Shown piece after piece: positions 31,760 to 45,047 of a stretch of DNA of 64,000 bases. The notes below the pieces were generated by a model, which saw nothing but the letters and a program-made list of their open reading frames with translations, was not told where the DNA came from and ran no database searches. The stretch is from NCBI RefSeq assembly GCF_023055435.1, contig NW_025964372.1, forward strand, positions 7,688,001 through 7,752,000. The letters run 5' to 3'. The stretch comes from Haliotis rufescens (Eukaryota). Numbering within the stretch: the stretch's first letter is position 1; each line of letters opens with the position of its first letter. A program made the translations under genes and the position numbers.

Positions 31760-34185
31760 TACCATATATAACAGAAAAGACTGGACCCTATGATACATGT
31801 TGGATGTTATGGTACATAGTATGAACTGGACCCTATGCTTCACAGCACTAGCTGGATCCAATGGTACACGGAATATGAAGAACCCCATGGTACATGTTGG
31901 ATGTTATGGTACAAATTATAGGCTGGACCCTATGCTTCACAGTACTGGCTGGATCCAATGGTACACGGAATATGAAGAACCCCATGGTACATGTTGGATG
32001 TTATGGTACAAATTATAGGCTGGACCCTATGCTTCACAGTACTGGCTGGATCCAATGGTACACGGAATATGAAGAACCCCATGGTACATGTTGGATGTTA
32101 TGGTACAAATTATAGGCTGGACCCTATGCTTCACAGTACTGGCTGGATCCAATGGTACACGGAATATGAAGAACCCCATGGTACATGTTGGATGTTATGG
32201 TACAAATTATAGGCTGGACCCTATGCTTCACAGTACTGGCTGGATCCAATGGTACACGGAATATGAAGAACCCCATGGTACATGTTGGATGTTATGGTAC
32301 AAATTATAGGCTGGACCCTATGCTTCACAGTACTGGCTGGATCCAATAGAACATGGAACATGAAGAACCCCATGGTACATGTTGGATGTTATGGTACACA
32401 GTATAGGCTGGACCCTATGCTTCACAGTACTGGCTGGATCCAATGGTACATGGAATATGAAGAACCCCATGGTACATGTTGGATGTTACGGTACACAGTG
32501 TAGGCTGGATCCAATGGTACATGGAATACGAAGAACCACGTGGTACATGTTGGATGTTATGGTACACAGTATAGGCTGGACCCTATGCCTCACAATACTG
32601 AATGGATCCAATGGTACATGGAACATGAAGAACTTTCTGGTACATGTTAAATGTTATGGTACATAGTATGAACTGGACCCTATGCTTCACAGTACTGGCT
32701 GGATCCAATGGTACATGGAACATGAAGAACCTTATGGTACATGTTGAATGTTATGGTACAAATTATAGGCTGGACCCTATGCTTCACAGTACTGGCTGGA
32801 TCCAATGGTACATGGAACATGAAGAACCTTATGGTACATGTTGAATGTTATGGTACAAATTATAGGCTGGACCCTATGCTTCACAGTACTGGCTGGATCC
32901 AATGGTACATGGAACATGAAGAACATGTTGGATGTTATGGTACACAGTATAGGCTGGACCCTATGCCTCACAGTACTGGCTGGATCCAATGGAACATGGA
33001 ACATGAAGAACCTTATGGTACATGTTGGATGTTATGGTACACAGTATAGGCTGGATCCAATGGTACATGGAATATGAAGAACCTTATGGTACATGTTGGA
33101 TGTTGGTACACAGTATAGGCTGGACCCCATGCCTCACAGTACTGGCTGGATCCAATGGTACTTGGAACATGAAGAACTTTCTGGTACATGTTGGATGTTA
33201 TGGTACACAGTATAAACTTGACCCTATGCTTCACAGTACTGGCTGGATCCAAAGGTACACGGAATATGAAGAACTTTCTGGTAGATGTTGGATGTTATGG
33301 AACACAGTATAGGCTGGACCCAATACCTCACAGTACTGGATGGATCCAGTGGTACATGGAACATGAAGAACCTTATGGTACATGTTGGATGTTATGGTAC
33401 ACAGTATAGGCTGGATCCAATGGTACATGGAATATGAAGAAATTTCTGGTACATGTTGGATGTTATGGTACAAAGTACTGGCTGGATCCAATGGTACATG
33501 GAACATGAAGAACTGTCTGGTACATGTTGGATGTTATGGTACAAAGTACTGGCTGGATCCAATGGTACATGGAACATGAAGAACCTTATGGTACATGTTG
33601 GATGTTATGGTACACAGTATAGGCTGGACCCCATGCCTCACAGTACTGGCTGGATCCAATGGTACATGGAATATGAAGAAATTTCTGGTACATGTTGGAT
33701 GTTATGGTACAAAGTACTGGCTTGATCCAATGGTACATGGAACATGAAGAGCTTTCTGGTACATGTTGGATGTTATGGTACACATAATAGGCTGGACCCT
33801 ATGCTTCACGGTACTAGCTGGATCCAATGGAACATGGAACATGAAGAACCTTATGGTACATGTTGGATGTTGGTACACAGTATAGGCTGGACCCCATGCC
33901 TCACAGTACTGGCTGGATCCAATGGTACATGGAATATGAAGATATTTCTGGTACATGTTGGATGTTATGGTACAAAGTACTGGCTGGATCCAATGGTACA
34001 TGGAACATGAAGAACTGTCTGGTACATGTTGGATGTTATGGTACAAAGTACTGGCTGGATCCAATGGTACATGGAACATGAAGAACTGTCTGGTACATGT
34101 TGGATGTTATGGTACACAGTATAAACTGGACCCCATGCCTCACAGTACTGCCGGATTCAATGGTACATGGAACATGAAGAACAGT
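31760..34185. repeat. 97-bp compound minisatellite with shorter deletion variants, 2.4 kb
   Basis: Identical ORFs recur at 97-bp offsets (31894, 31991, 32088). Confidence 0.96.
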
Positions 34186-34971
34186 TAAATATACATAAAT
34201 CGTGTGGACCCTTGTATGCTATCAGGACAAAGAGATCCTACAGGACACATTGGTCAATAGAAAATATGGTATGTGTATTTGTGTACAGCTACGAGTTTCT
34301 TTGGCTTAACAGAAAAATAGTCACTAAACCTTTTCCCTGGATTTGCCTGCATTGACAGCATCTGAGTACTATATATCTAGTAGTACTTTCTACCCTCAGT
34401 AAGATGCTGTCAACCAACCACAGTCTCTGTTGCTTACTCTGCCGCTGTTTGTAAGCTACAAGCATACAGGACGATTAAGCCACACACTTGTCGAGGTGTT
34501 GGCTTACGTAATTATGCTGACAAATCAGTAACGAAACAATTAGATCTATGACGGCAATGTTAAAACACAGAGATCAGTGTAAGACAGAATAGTCCAACTG
34601 CTGTGTACCCCACCTATCTGTACGGAAAAAGTCAGCGGTCAGCGGTCATGAATATTTGGCATGAATATTTTTGGAATTGAAAACTAAGCACACAATTTCA
34701 TAAAAACGTCCCGCAAATATCCATGATCCCTAACTTTGTGAATTCAGTTAACAGTATGAAACATTAGGTTAATCCCAATTCACATTCCCGTCTTTGAACT
34801 CGCGAATCCTGTGAATAAGACCCGGGATGAGCTCGAGTCCGCAGCCAAGTTGGATGTCAGTAGCGTTGCCTAGAGCCCCGTATCCTTATATCACCTATAA
34901 TTTGGTTTCTACAGTCTGACAAGCCTACACTGAAAGACTGCAAGCTTACGACGCGGCCTCAATGTACTTAC

Positions 34972-35125
34972 ATACGGTTTTGCGATTTTTTCCGCCAGAT
35001 TAAGTAACTATCTTGGGAAGTAATCACAAACAGTGTCTCCGTGTCGCCATTTGCATGATTATGACGTCATTATTCTGTGACGTCACTGACATGTGTATAC
35101 TCACGAACATGACGTTTTACGCAAG
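34972..35125 (-). promoter_or_regulatory. Promoter and probable non-coding first exon of the uncharacterised gene
   Basis: Two TGACGTCA CREs (35062, 35078), YY1-like AAATGGCG, GTAAGTA donor at 34971, CpG-rich. Confidence 0.7.
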
Positions 35126-35534
35126 TTTGAGACCAAGCTGCGAGGCCTTCTCCTACTCAGTTACATGCGGCCAGCAGCTTGCATAGTACTAACACATGAA
35201 TCAAAATGGTTATTAGATAGCAATGACAGTCACTTTTGTTAACTACTCAATTCCAACACTATATATATATAATCACAGGATCAACAAATTACTGTAGTTG
35301 GCGGTGTAGCCTAGCTAGGTCAGCCAGTACGTAAGAGGCAAACAAATCATTTTCTTTCTCTTTGACTGATACTATTGAAAAAAAATCAAGTTCATTGAAA
35401 TATTCATTTATTAATATACTTCTATTTATCGTTTACCTGTTTAAAGATAAAAGATCACGTGCAGTGCCTTCAATTGGTACACTTTGAAGAGATTTTAGCT
35501 TAGTTTTTCTAATTGGTACAACTACTGATAAGGT

Positions 35535-35810
35535 GAAATGGGGTTTAACGCCGCGTTCAAGATAATTTCACTTATATAGCGACGTGCATGCTCGTGCGTG
35601 TATGTGGCTACTTATACTATCCCGGACTAATGCCGATTTTATAGTGCTAGCCCACTGAGTTACCATGCTGTAGTTTAAATTTGCATACCCCACTTGGACA
35701 CAGTATACTGAGTCCGACCTTACCAGTCATTGTTTTATCCCCTGAAATATCAAGCGCCAGCCAGGGTAACAACAAGTACTATATTTTAACTATGGTACGA
35801 CGAGTTCCGC
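35535..35810 (-). mobile_element. SINE family D copy
   Basis: Reverse complement of the 9470-9778 body. Confidence 0.7.
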
Positions 35811-35944
35811 TCTCCGGGGAGACGCACTGTGAACTACACTGACAAAGGATGACATCTGATAAAAATAACTATCCTTCTTAACAATTGAATTGTCATCAGA
35901 GAGATTAAAATGTTTAATTTGAATCGTATAAATAACATATCAGG

Positions 35945-36076
35945 AGTGAGTGAATATGGTTTAGCGGCGGGGGACACCAGAAATGGGCTTTACACATTGT
36001 ACACAATTGGGGAATCGAACCAGGGCCTTCGGCCTGACGAGAGAACGCTTTAACCACTAGGCTACCCTACCGCCCC
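35945..36076 (-). mobile_element. tRNA-derived SINE family A copy (internally deleted)
   Basis: Reverse complement of the 8187 element; B-box GGTTCGATTCC. Confidence 0.88.
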
Positions 36077-36960
36077 AAATCGCCAGGAACACATGGAATT
36101 TTGAAGCAATATTTGATGTATACTATTGCCCCATTATTTTCTGTCTACCACAAACTGCTTAATATACTGCTTAATAGGTATAGTACACGACGAGTGGCTC
36201 CTGGAAATGATTAAAACCGGTGAACAAAAAGGTGACTTGACCCGAGTATATGATGAGCCATGTCGTTATTAGGCTGCCGTTGTTAAATGTTTACCTCTGT
36301 ACCTGGAGATTAATCATTTGTTATCAGAAATACAAGGTGTATTCGACATGGCAATTTTGTCTTTCATAACATTGTTGTATTATATTCTTAAATTGAATAT
36401 CTTAAAACCAATAAAATGAAGTTATAGTGTACTATCATAGATTTCCATTACGCCTTGGCGTTGTTAAAAGGAAAATTTATTTCAGTTATACAAAGCGATC
36501 TTAGTGCTAAGTGATCTTAAATCCAAGACTTACGACAGTCGTTGTGCTAAGGTTGTTTTGTACAACGCTACCCAGGGCATAAAGTCGCGTGTCATTCTTG
36601 TTAATTGAGAAACGCATTTTTGTTTCAGGGACATCGCAGTTAAACAAAGCGGAAAGCTACCGCCGAATCTTTTTGTTTTGTATCTAAATGACCTTGAAGC
36701 ATATTTGGAACAAAAATGCGAAGAGGTATTAAGGTGTTCGGGAGGATTATTTTATTTGGAATTTGTAGGAAGATCATAGTTTTGTCGTAGCAGGTGATAC
36801 TATTATTATTTCATATAACGCTCGGAATGTTTTCAATGAATATTGTATTTATTTTGGAAATTACCTATTAATATAGATACAGGTAAGGTTGTAAAATGAG
36901 GATCGGGTGATGTGTTTGGCATAGATGATGTTGCTATGAAGTAGTAGAGGAGTACACACA

Positions 36961-37063
36961 CCAGGGTGCCGTCGTACAAGACAACGCTGCGACTGTCGTA
37001 AGTCTATGTTAAGGTATGGGAGTAACGATCACATTAAGATCGCTTTGAACAACAGAACCCTGG
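36961..37063. mobile_element. ~100-bp MITE (CCAGGG...CCCTGG ends); inverted relative at 36482-36576
   Basis: Short TIRs and reverse-complement similarity between the two segments. Confidence 0.5.
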
Positions 37064-37137
37064 GCTTGATGACTTAACGTGCTGGGAATGTCCTGGCAGC
37101 CATGACGTCATTAGCTGCTAAAGCAAAAAATAAGCCA

Positions 37138-37405
37138 TGTTTTGTTTGTTTGTTGTTAACATTGTTTTCAGCAATATTACAGCTATATGACGGCGGTCTG
37201 TAAATAATCTAGTCTGGACCAGACAATCCAGTGATTGACATCATGGGCATCGATAAACGCAATTGGGATACGATGACATATATCTACCAAGTCGGAGAGC
37301 TTGACCACCCGATCCCGTTAGTCGCCTTTTACGACAAGCATAGTCGCCTTTTACGGCAAACATGGGTTGCTGAAGACCTATTGTACCCCGGATCTTCAAG
37401 GGTCG
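37138..37405 (-). mobile_element. SINE-like family B, full-length copy
   Basis: Complete from the GACCC head to the (CAAA)n tail. Confidence 0.88.
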
Positions 37406-38374
37406 AAAAGCCATGTATATACTTTACATAGGAACAAGAACGTTGGACAAGATTAACCGGTTATTGTTATTTGACCAAACGATAGCACCAATATTAAGTT
37501 ATGGTTCCGAAATATGGGTATTTTGTAAATTAGATATGATAGAAAGGATACACACAGATGTTTTTAAACTAGAGTTAAAAAGATTACACCTCATAATATA
37601 CTGTACGGGAGTTGGGAAGAATTTCAATTACTGGTATAATTTAACAGAGACTTTTGATGTATTGGTAAACACTAATTAATAATAAACCAGCAGAATTGTG
37701 TACTGTTATGTATAGTATTATATTATCAGGTTCAAGTAAATATGAACATACCTATCTGCAATTTGTTTAGGTTTAAGCTCTGTGTGGACTCAACTGTTTG
37801 TACAAAATAATCATATTTATTAAAGCTGTTGTCAAACAGCGTATCTTGGATCCAGCGAGTCACACATGGACAAGTTTGGTAGAGACTTCTCATGGGGCAG
37901 TGTTTTAAAGATTATTTAAACATGAAATAAAATTAGAAAGGTCTTTGTATCTCATTCCTATTATTAGGATGAAATCCGCTAGCAACAGATTACCAATAGA
38001 GATTTGGCGATGAGAAAATATATCACGTGAAGATAGACTTTGTAATCATTGTAACATAAATATATTAAGCAGACAATACCACTAATTATCAATTTGTCCC
38101 TTTTGGTAATCTACGTAAAGATATATCCACAAAAAAATACTTACAAGGCAAAATGCAATCGAACTAGATCAATTATTAATTACTAATAATCTGCCAGAAT
38201 TAAGACGACTGGTATGTTTGGTAAAGAAATGTTGAATTAAACAATTTCATTATGAATGTAAAGTGGACTTGAATTTTCTTAAAACCCGCGCACGTCTGTC
38301 TAATGTGTGCTACATCATGTAATTCTGCCTATAGTCCTTCATTATCTCATTGTGATGACCTTGGATATTATCGT

Positions 38375-38375
38375 C

Positions 38376-38410
<35 letters not shown>

Positions 38411-38417
38411 GCTGCTG
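38375..38417. repeat. (TTG)n/(CTG)n microsatellite
   Basis: Direct inspection. Confidence 0.9.
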
Positions 38418-38453
38418 ATCATTGCTTCCTAACGGTTAATACTTGTAGCTGAC

Positions 38454-38712
38454 ACCCGTGAAGATCTGGGTTAGAATAGGTCTTCAGCAACCCATGCTCG
38501 CCGTAAGAGGCGACTATGCTTGTAAGAGACGACTAACGAGGTCGGGTTGTCATGTTCGCTGACTTGGTTGATGCATGTCATCGTATCCCTATTGCGCGAA
38601 TCGATGCTCATGATGCCAATCACTGGATTATCTGGTTCAGACTCGATTATTTACAGACCGCCGTCATATAGCTGGAATATTGCGGAGTGCGGCGTAAAAC
38701 AACAAACAAATA
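38454..38712 (+). mobile_element. SINE-like family B, full-length copy
   Basis: ACCCGTGAAGATC head to CAAA tail. Confidence 0.88.
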
Positions 38713-38746
38713 AACTTGTAGCTGAAGAGGTTTCCACAACCATGGT

Positions 38747-39061
38747 GGCCTACCTCCCTGAGATAGACACCTTAACAGTGTATAACACGTCGTTCAATGC
38801 ACAACACAAGGCCTACCTCCCTGAGATAGACACCTTAACAGTATATAACACGTCGTTCAATGCACAACACAAGGCCTACCTCCCTGAGATAGACACCTTA
38901 ACAGTATATAACACGTCGTTCAATGCACAACACAAGGCCTACCTCCCTGAGATAGACACCTTAACAGTTTATAACACGTCGTTCAATGCACAACACAAGG
39001 CATACCTCCCTGAGATAGACACCTTAACAGTATATAAAACGTCGTTCAATGCACAACACAA
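38747..39061. repeat. 63-bp minisatellite, 5 copies
   Basis: Produces a 21-aa repeat in a spurious ORF. Confidence 0.95.
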
Positions 39062-39743
39062 CCCCTGCCTTCATGCTGCCGTGACATTAATACTAATATA
39101 GTTTGATTTACATTTAATACATTAAAGCCAGACACGTTGATCAAACATGGATTTGTTACATTGTGTTTCCTATTTCACATTTCTGTCTACTGGGGCGTGT
39201 CTCTGGTAAGCTAACCGCTAAGGCACACGTAGAGATATTGGTTGGGGCAGAAACTACACAAACACAACTTTCCGATGGAACACTTGTACATATATTGTAA
39301 AGGTGTAGCAACAGAAGTTTGAATATCGCAAATATAATTGTACCGGTAAAATTGCTATCGATAGTTACTGGTTTGTTGCAGAATGAAGAAAACACCGTCA
39401 AATGCATTGTTACAAGATAAGAAAAAATCTTGAAGCAATAATCTTTGTCGAATGAAAATAATGAAGTGGTAGAGTGTTTGAAGGGTCATGTTTGGTTTTC
39501 TTATCTGGCCTACAGTTGGTCACATTGTCCAGTGAGGTTTCACTCAGTGACCATGCAACCATTTCAACAAACGTAATACCACACTTTACGGACGTAGTCT
39601 TACCGAGCACAGACGAGCAGTAACAGGCTCTACAGTAGGCCAACATGACATTATTATATTTCACTTGTATTTGAATGTAAGCCTTCTAAACGGTTCAGCT
39701 AAGATGTCTTGTGACAAATGTGATTTTCGGAATTTTTACGATA

Positions 39744-39903
39744 TACTTACCAACGGAATTGCGCTTTTTTCCTTCAGAATCGTGATTATCTCTGGAATAA
39801 AGTTCGCACTACGTCTTCTTATCGCGATTAGAGTGTTTATGACGTCATTATTCTGTGACGTCATGAAAACGCGTGTCCTCCTATATATGACGTAGTACGC
39901 GAG
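39744..39903 (-). promoter_or_regulatory. Second (paralogous) dual-CRE promoter and first-exon module
   Basis: 27-bp identity with 35059-35085 and a GTAAGTA donor at the same spacing. Confidence 0.65.
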
Positions 39904-40339
39904 TTATGTGACAGACTTGTAGTCACCTCTGGAACCAGTGTGTGTGTGTGTGCCGTATGCAGGCTGTTGAATACAGTTGACAAAATAGACAAGAAGAAGC
40001 ATTTTTTAAAATTAAAAAACAAAAAGGCTTGGGTTGCTTTTATTTTATTATTGTATGGTATGTATAGCATCCTTACAATCACCGTGTCAATAAGATATGT
40101 GTCATCCCGGTGCAATGCTCTCATAACCCAGAATAAATTCACGCCAAATAAACAAACCAACTAGGAGAGCAATAACATGATAAAACTGTGTTACTCTTCA
40201 TGTAAGTTCCGTGAATAACACTGGCTGACGTGATATAAGAAAAAAAGGGTTTGTATTATTGAGAAGGGATAAAATCAATTAAATGGACAAGCATATGAAA
40301 ACGGACACCTTGACATCTGAGAACAGGCACTTGACGTTG

Positions 40340-40532
40340 TGCTTGCTGTAAGAGGGGACTAACGGGATTGGGTGGTCAGGCTGGCTGACTTGGTTGATGC
40401 ATATCCAAATTGCGAAGATCGATGCTCATGATGTTAATCACTGGATTGTCTGGTCCAGACTCGATTTATTTTAAACCGCCGTCATATAGCTGGGATATTG
40501 ATGTGAGGCGTTAAACAACAAACAAACAAACA
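40340..40532 (+). mobile_element. SINE-like family B, 5'-truncated
   Basis: Family B body and tail. Confidence 0.85.
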
Positions 40533-41792
40533 ATACAAATCTAATTCGACAAATTCAAAACTGTAATAAAAATGTATGGCCTTAAGCACGTATGATACCA
40601 GATTATTTGAAATGTGCCCGCAAATGTAGGTTTTTTTAACATATATACCCCGTTTTTCCTTAAAATTGTGAAATAACTGAGCGGATGGTTAACGCCGCCT
40701 AAACTATAACTTTATTTTTTCTAACGGCTGATTCTGTGGTAGGTGTAGCCAAAGTGTGGTCGGTGATACACGACCCCAGCTACCAGGGGGTTGGTTGATA
40801 GACACTTAGGGGATATTAACGCCAAGCTACACATATAAATCAATTAATACAAACAAACGTTTTTTAATCGTTATTTATCATGCTTTCCTTCAACGTTTGT
40901 TGTTAATTTCTTCTCGACAACGAGAACAATTAACTGGTTAACAACTGGTTCTTAATGTTCCATCGTTCTTCCTCACGGAATTCAATGGGATATTGGCCCC
41001 TCACTGTCCCCTAAGAGACGCCCCAACGGCGGTGGAAACATTGTGTGACTGTCACCGCGCCCGTGTCATGGATCGTTGTTCGTTGATACTGCTATCAACC
41101 GTTCTGTAATGAGTGTGAGTGAGTGAGTTGGGTTTAACGCCGCTTTTAATAGTATTCCAGTTATATCGCGTGCCCCCGTTCTGTAATGAGGAAAGTTGAA
41201 TACACACATAAAGATATATATACATAATTATCCTAACTGACGTGGATATATAACCGACATACTGATAAAGATCCTACTCAACTCTTGACATAGAATCATT
41301 TTCTTGTATCAAGATGAAATATCCCTATCAAACAGGAAGTAGTATATATCCCAGTGTACTTTCAGACAAAATAGATTAAAATCCTACTCTGACAAGAACA
41401 TAAAACAATTATACATGAAGTGTCGTTGAATGTATCAACATGGCCCGTGTTCTAGTCCCCTTCTGAACATATTATGTATGCTTTGGGTTCAAGTGGTGGC
41501 ATTAATTACTTTATGTTCCAAACACAACTACATGTAGTATTTGTACATGCTTACAGAACTGTATCGTAAAGTGTTCAAATATATACCTGGTACATATATA
41601 CCTGTAGCAGTTATTCAGTAAGCTTTAAAATTAGTGAAAACGATGACAGAGGTAAATGACGTGTTTTTATTTCCGGAGACGTATTACATTATTGTTCAAT
41701 GATCACACCTCGCGAGGCCACGCAGTGTATTTCTGTACAGCGGTACTTGAATGACATGGGGATATGTATACTGCTTGGGTGACTTCCTTGTG

Positions 41793-42047
41793 GTTTGTTT
41801 GTTTGTTTGTTTGTTTGTTGTACCCACACTCAGCAATTGTCAAGCTATATGACGGCGGTCTGTAGCCAGACAATCCAATGATTGACATCATGAGCATCGA
41901 TCTACGCAAATGGGATACGAAGACATGCATCAACTAAGTCAGCGAGTCTGACCACCCGATCCCGTTAGTCGCCTCTAACGACAAGCATATCGCCTTTCAC
42001 GACAAGCATGGGTTGCTGAAGACCTATTCTAACCTGGATCTTCACGT
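41793..42047 (-). mobile_element. SINE-like family B copy
   Basis: Family B body and tail. Confidence 0.87.
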
Positions 42048-42721
42048 CTCCTATCTCTTGTAAACGATTACAGGGGTAAATTACATGTTTCTGTTTACGG
42101 AGACGTATTACATTATTTTGCAATAATCACACCTTGCTACATCACGCAGTGTATTTTTATACGACTTTACTTTAACATCTTCCGCCTGTAGGACATGCCG
42201 ACATGCATACAGCACGAGTGACATGACTGCCTTGTAGTCATATAGCAGGTCAACAACGAGAACCTACACAGTGGTCTATTTCGGCGGATTACAGCTGATT
42301 AGCTATCTATCGTGCATTTTGTTATTCTGCCAAGTAGGATTGTTTCCCAGGCATGTGTCACGTTGTCCAGATGAAGACTAGTGTCACACCGATGCATCGC
42401 TTGTGTCACCGGGGGATTGCCTAAAAGTCGGGCCGGGCCGGGCCAAAGTTGTATTGGCTAATTACTCCATTATCGGCAACCATACCTACATATCATTGAT
42501 GCAACACACACATGACATTAATGAACAATCATCAACCAAGAACGTGCACCATAATTAAGTGATTCGGACTAAATCACTTGAAAACCAGAAAGTGGAGCTG
42601 TGTGTAAGCGTCGCTGATCTAGGTAACATGTAAAAGGGCAATCGTTAAACGAAATAGGATTTGAAACGTATCAATACTTCTAGCTATCGTGATGCAAATT
42701 TCCATCTGTCGGCATAGCGTT

Positions 42722-43453
42722 TACATTATAGGACAGTACTGTATCTAAGTAAATACCACTTAATAATGTCACTGTTCATCGTATTTAAAGCAGACACGTT
42801 GGTTAAAGTAGACCTCTTCTCCCCATACTCTCAACAGTCTCACAAGTGTTCGGTCCGACTTGGCCCGGGCTGTCAAAATCAACTTTAAACACACACATGT
42901 ATCAGCTATAGAGTAGTATTATATCTACCTATATACCACTTTATAATGTCACAGTACATCGCATTGAAATACAACTGATCCGTTAAAGTCAAACACTTTT
43001 ACTGTATTTTCTTAAGAAAATCTTTGTCAGAAGTGTTCGTTCCGACTTGGCCCGGGCTGTCAAAATCAACTAAACCTAACAGATGTAACATCAAATGGTT
43101 TCACATCTATCAACTAGTATTATATCTACCTATATATCACTTTGTAGTGTCACAGATCACGGTATTTAAAGAAAACAAGGTGCTCAAAGTGAAGCCCTTT
43201 TCCCTCTCCATTCTCAACATAGTCTCCATCAAAAGTGTTTGGCTTGTGTTTGGTCCGACTTGGTCCGGGCTGTCAAAATCAACTTTACACACAGAGATGT
43301 ATCATCAAATGTGTTTACATCTATAGATTAGCATTATTTCTGCCTTTATACTACTTTATAATGTCTCAGATAGCGGTATTTAAAGAGAGTAAGGAGCTCA
43401 AAGTGAAGCCCTTTTCCCTCTACATTCTGAACATAGACTCTATCAGAAGTGTA
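42722..43453. repeat. ~190-215-bp tandem repeat, left block (diverged copies)
   Basis: Unit contains TCCGACTTGGCCCGGGCTGTCAAAATCAAC. Confidence 0.9.
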
Positions 43454-43575
43454 TGACTCAATTCTCATATTGTTTCCACATCATTAAAATACACTTGTTT
43501 TAAAATAAACTTGTTATAATGTGCCTTCTCTGTATGGTGAACGTACTTATGTGTCTTGCACTTATTGCGCATATA

Positions 43576-45047
43576 AACTGACGTCCAAAAGAAACTTTAC
43601 CAGAGTTTGAAATCACTCTTGCTCAAAAACAACAAATCATACATGCATGAAGTAAAGTGTATTGAGAAGATCAATATATCAACATAATCAACACTGAAAA
43701 TGACAATCATACCGCGACCGAGAATGACGTAAGAGCCCTCCAAAGTTTGGTGTGGTACAAAACTCGAGCTTTCAGAATCATGGACAATAGGAAGAGTACA
43801 TAAACAATCGCTCACGTTCAAAAACAAGTCATTAGTAGCGTGTGTGACCACCAAATGCCTCAATACACGCAAAAACTCTTCGACGCACAGAAAAAGTCAG
43901 TCGTCTGATGAGGTCACGTGGGATTTGACGCCATTCTTCTTGGAGGGCCAAGATCAGTTCTTGTCGGTTGGCTGGAGAGTGTGGTCGTTGTCGAACACGA
44001 CGATCCATCAAGTCCCTGAGGTGTTCTATGGGGGACATGTCGGGTGAGCGTGCAGGCCACGGCAGGACGTTGACGTTTTTGGCTGCGAGGAAGTTAGTGA
44101 CAATTTTGGCTGTATGGGCTCTAGCGTTGTCATGCTGATAAATGACACCACGTGGCTGCTATTTCATTATCCATGTAACGCTGAGCTGTCAAGTTTCCGT
44201 CAACGATGACCAGCGGTGTCCTCACCATATGGTACGACCTCCTGCACGCAACACGCCGCCGTTCGTTCACCCCTTCGGCGGTAATTACGTTGTCTTCCAT
44301 CAGCCCTAAACATACAGAATCGACTTTCGTCAGTGAAGACAACCCTCTGCCAGTCACGTCGTTGCCAACGTCGTACAGTCCGGGCCCATCTCAATCGCAG
44401 ACGACGATGTTGCGCTGTCAATAGCTGTCCTCTGTATGGTCTAAAAGCCCTGATTATATGAGCCCTGAGTCTCCTGGCCACTGTCTGTCGACTAACCCTG
44501 TGACCTAAGGCATTTGTCGCCGATGACGTCACTGTCAGGAAGCGATTTCGGAGGTGCAAGGTACGCAAGTACCGGTCATCATGGAGCGTGGTCACCCTTG
44601 GTCTGCCTGTTCTTGGCCTGTCAGATGTCCGCCCTGTCTGTCTGTAACGTTGCATCAAGTTGGTAACGGCAACACAGGAGCAACCGAAGGTTCGTGCAAT
44701 ATGGTCGTGGGTGGCTCCCATCTGTACCATACCCAAGGCTCGTTCACGTTGTTCGACTGTGAGTCGTGGCATTTCTTTTGTGTGTTTTTTATCACTGTGG
44801 ATGTCTGACTTGCCGTTGCTATCGTTTTATACCCTTACCCGCACGTTCATTTGCAGTTGTCCGTGGTGCACGTGTTTTTCACTTTTTCGCGTGTTATCTC
44901 GCAAACATGTAACAGACGATTAACATTTTCTGCATACACTATTGTTGTACTTATGTTATGTGTTTTAGATAGACTTCATCGAAAAAAATGTATGCTTTGT
45001 CTGAAATTTATATTTTCAGTTGGTAAAGTTTCTTTTGCACGTCAGTT
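43576..45047 (-). mobile_element. Tc1-family transposon, 1472 bp, disrupted transposase (44772 to ~43832)
   Basis: 27-bp TIR AACTGACGTsCAAAAGAAACTTTACCA with TA TSD. Paired-like HTH, GRPRVTT, VFTDES, QHDNA and SPDMSPIEH motifs; a deletion/frameshift lies near 44230. Confidence 0.93.

Larger units (their letters stand above)
36600..38240 (+). mobile_element. Decayed non-LTR retrotransposon RT/C-terminal relic, interrupted by a MITE and a SINE
   Basis: Fragments VKQS-KLPPNLFVLYLNDLE (RT motif), LLFDQTIAPILSYGSEIW, RLPIEIWR and REDRLCNHCN, with many stops and frameshifts. Confidence 0.65.
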
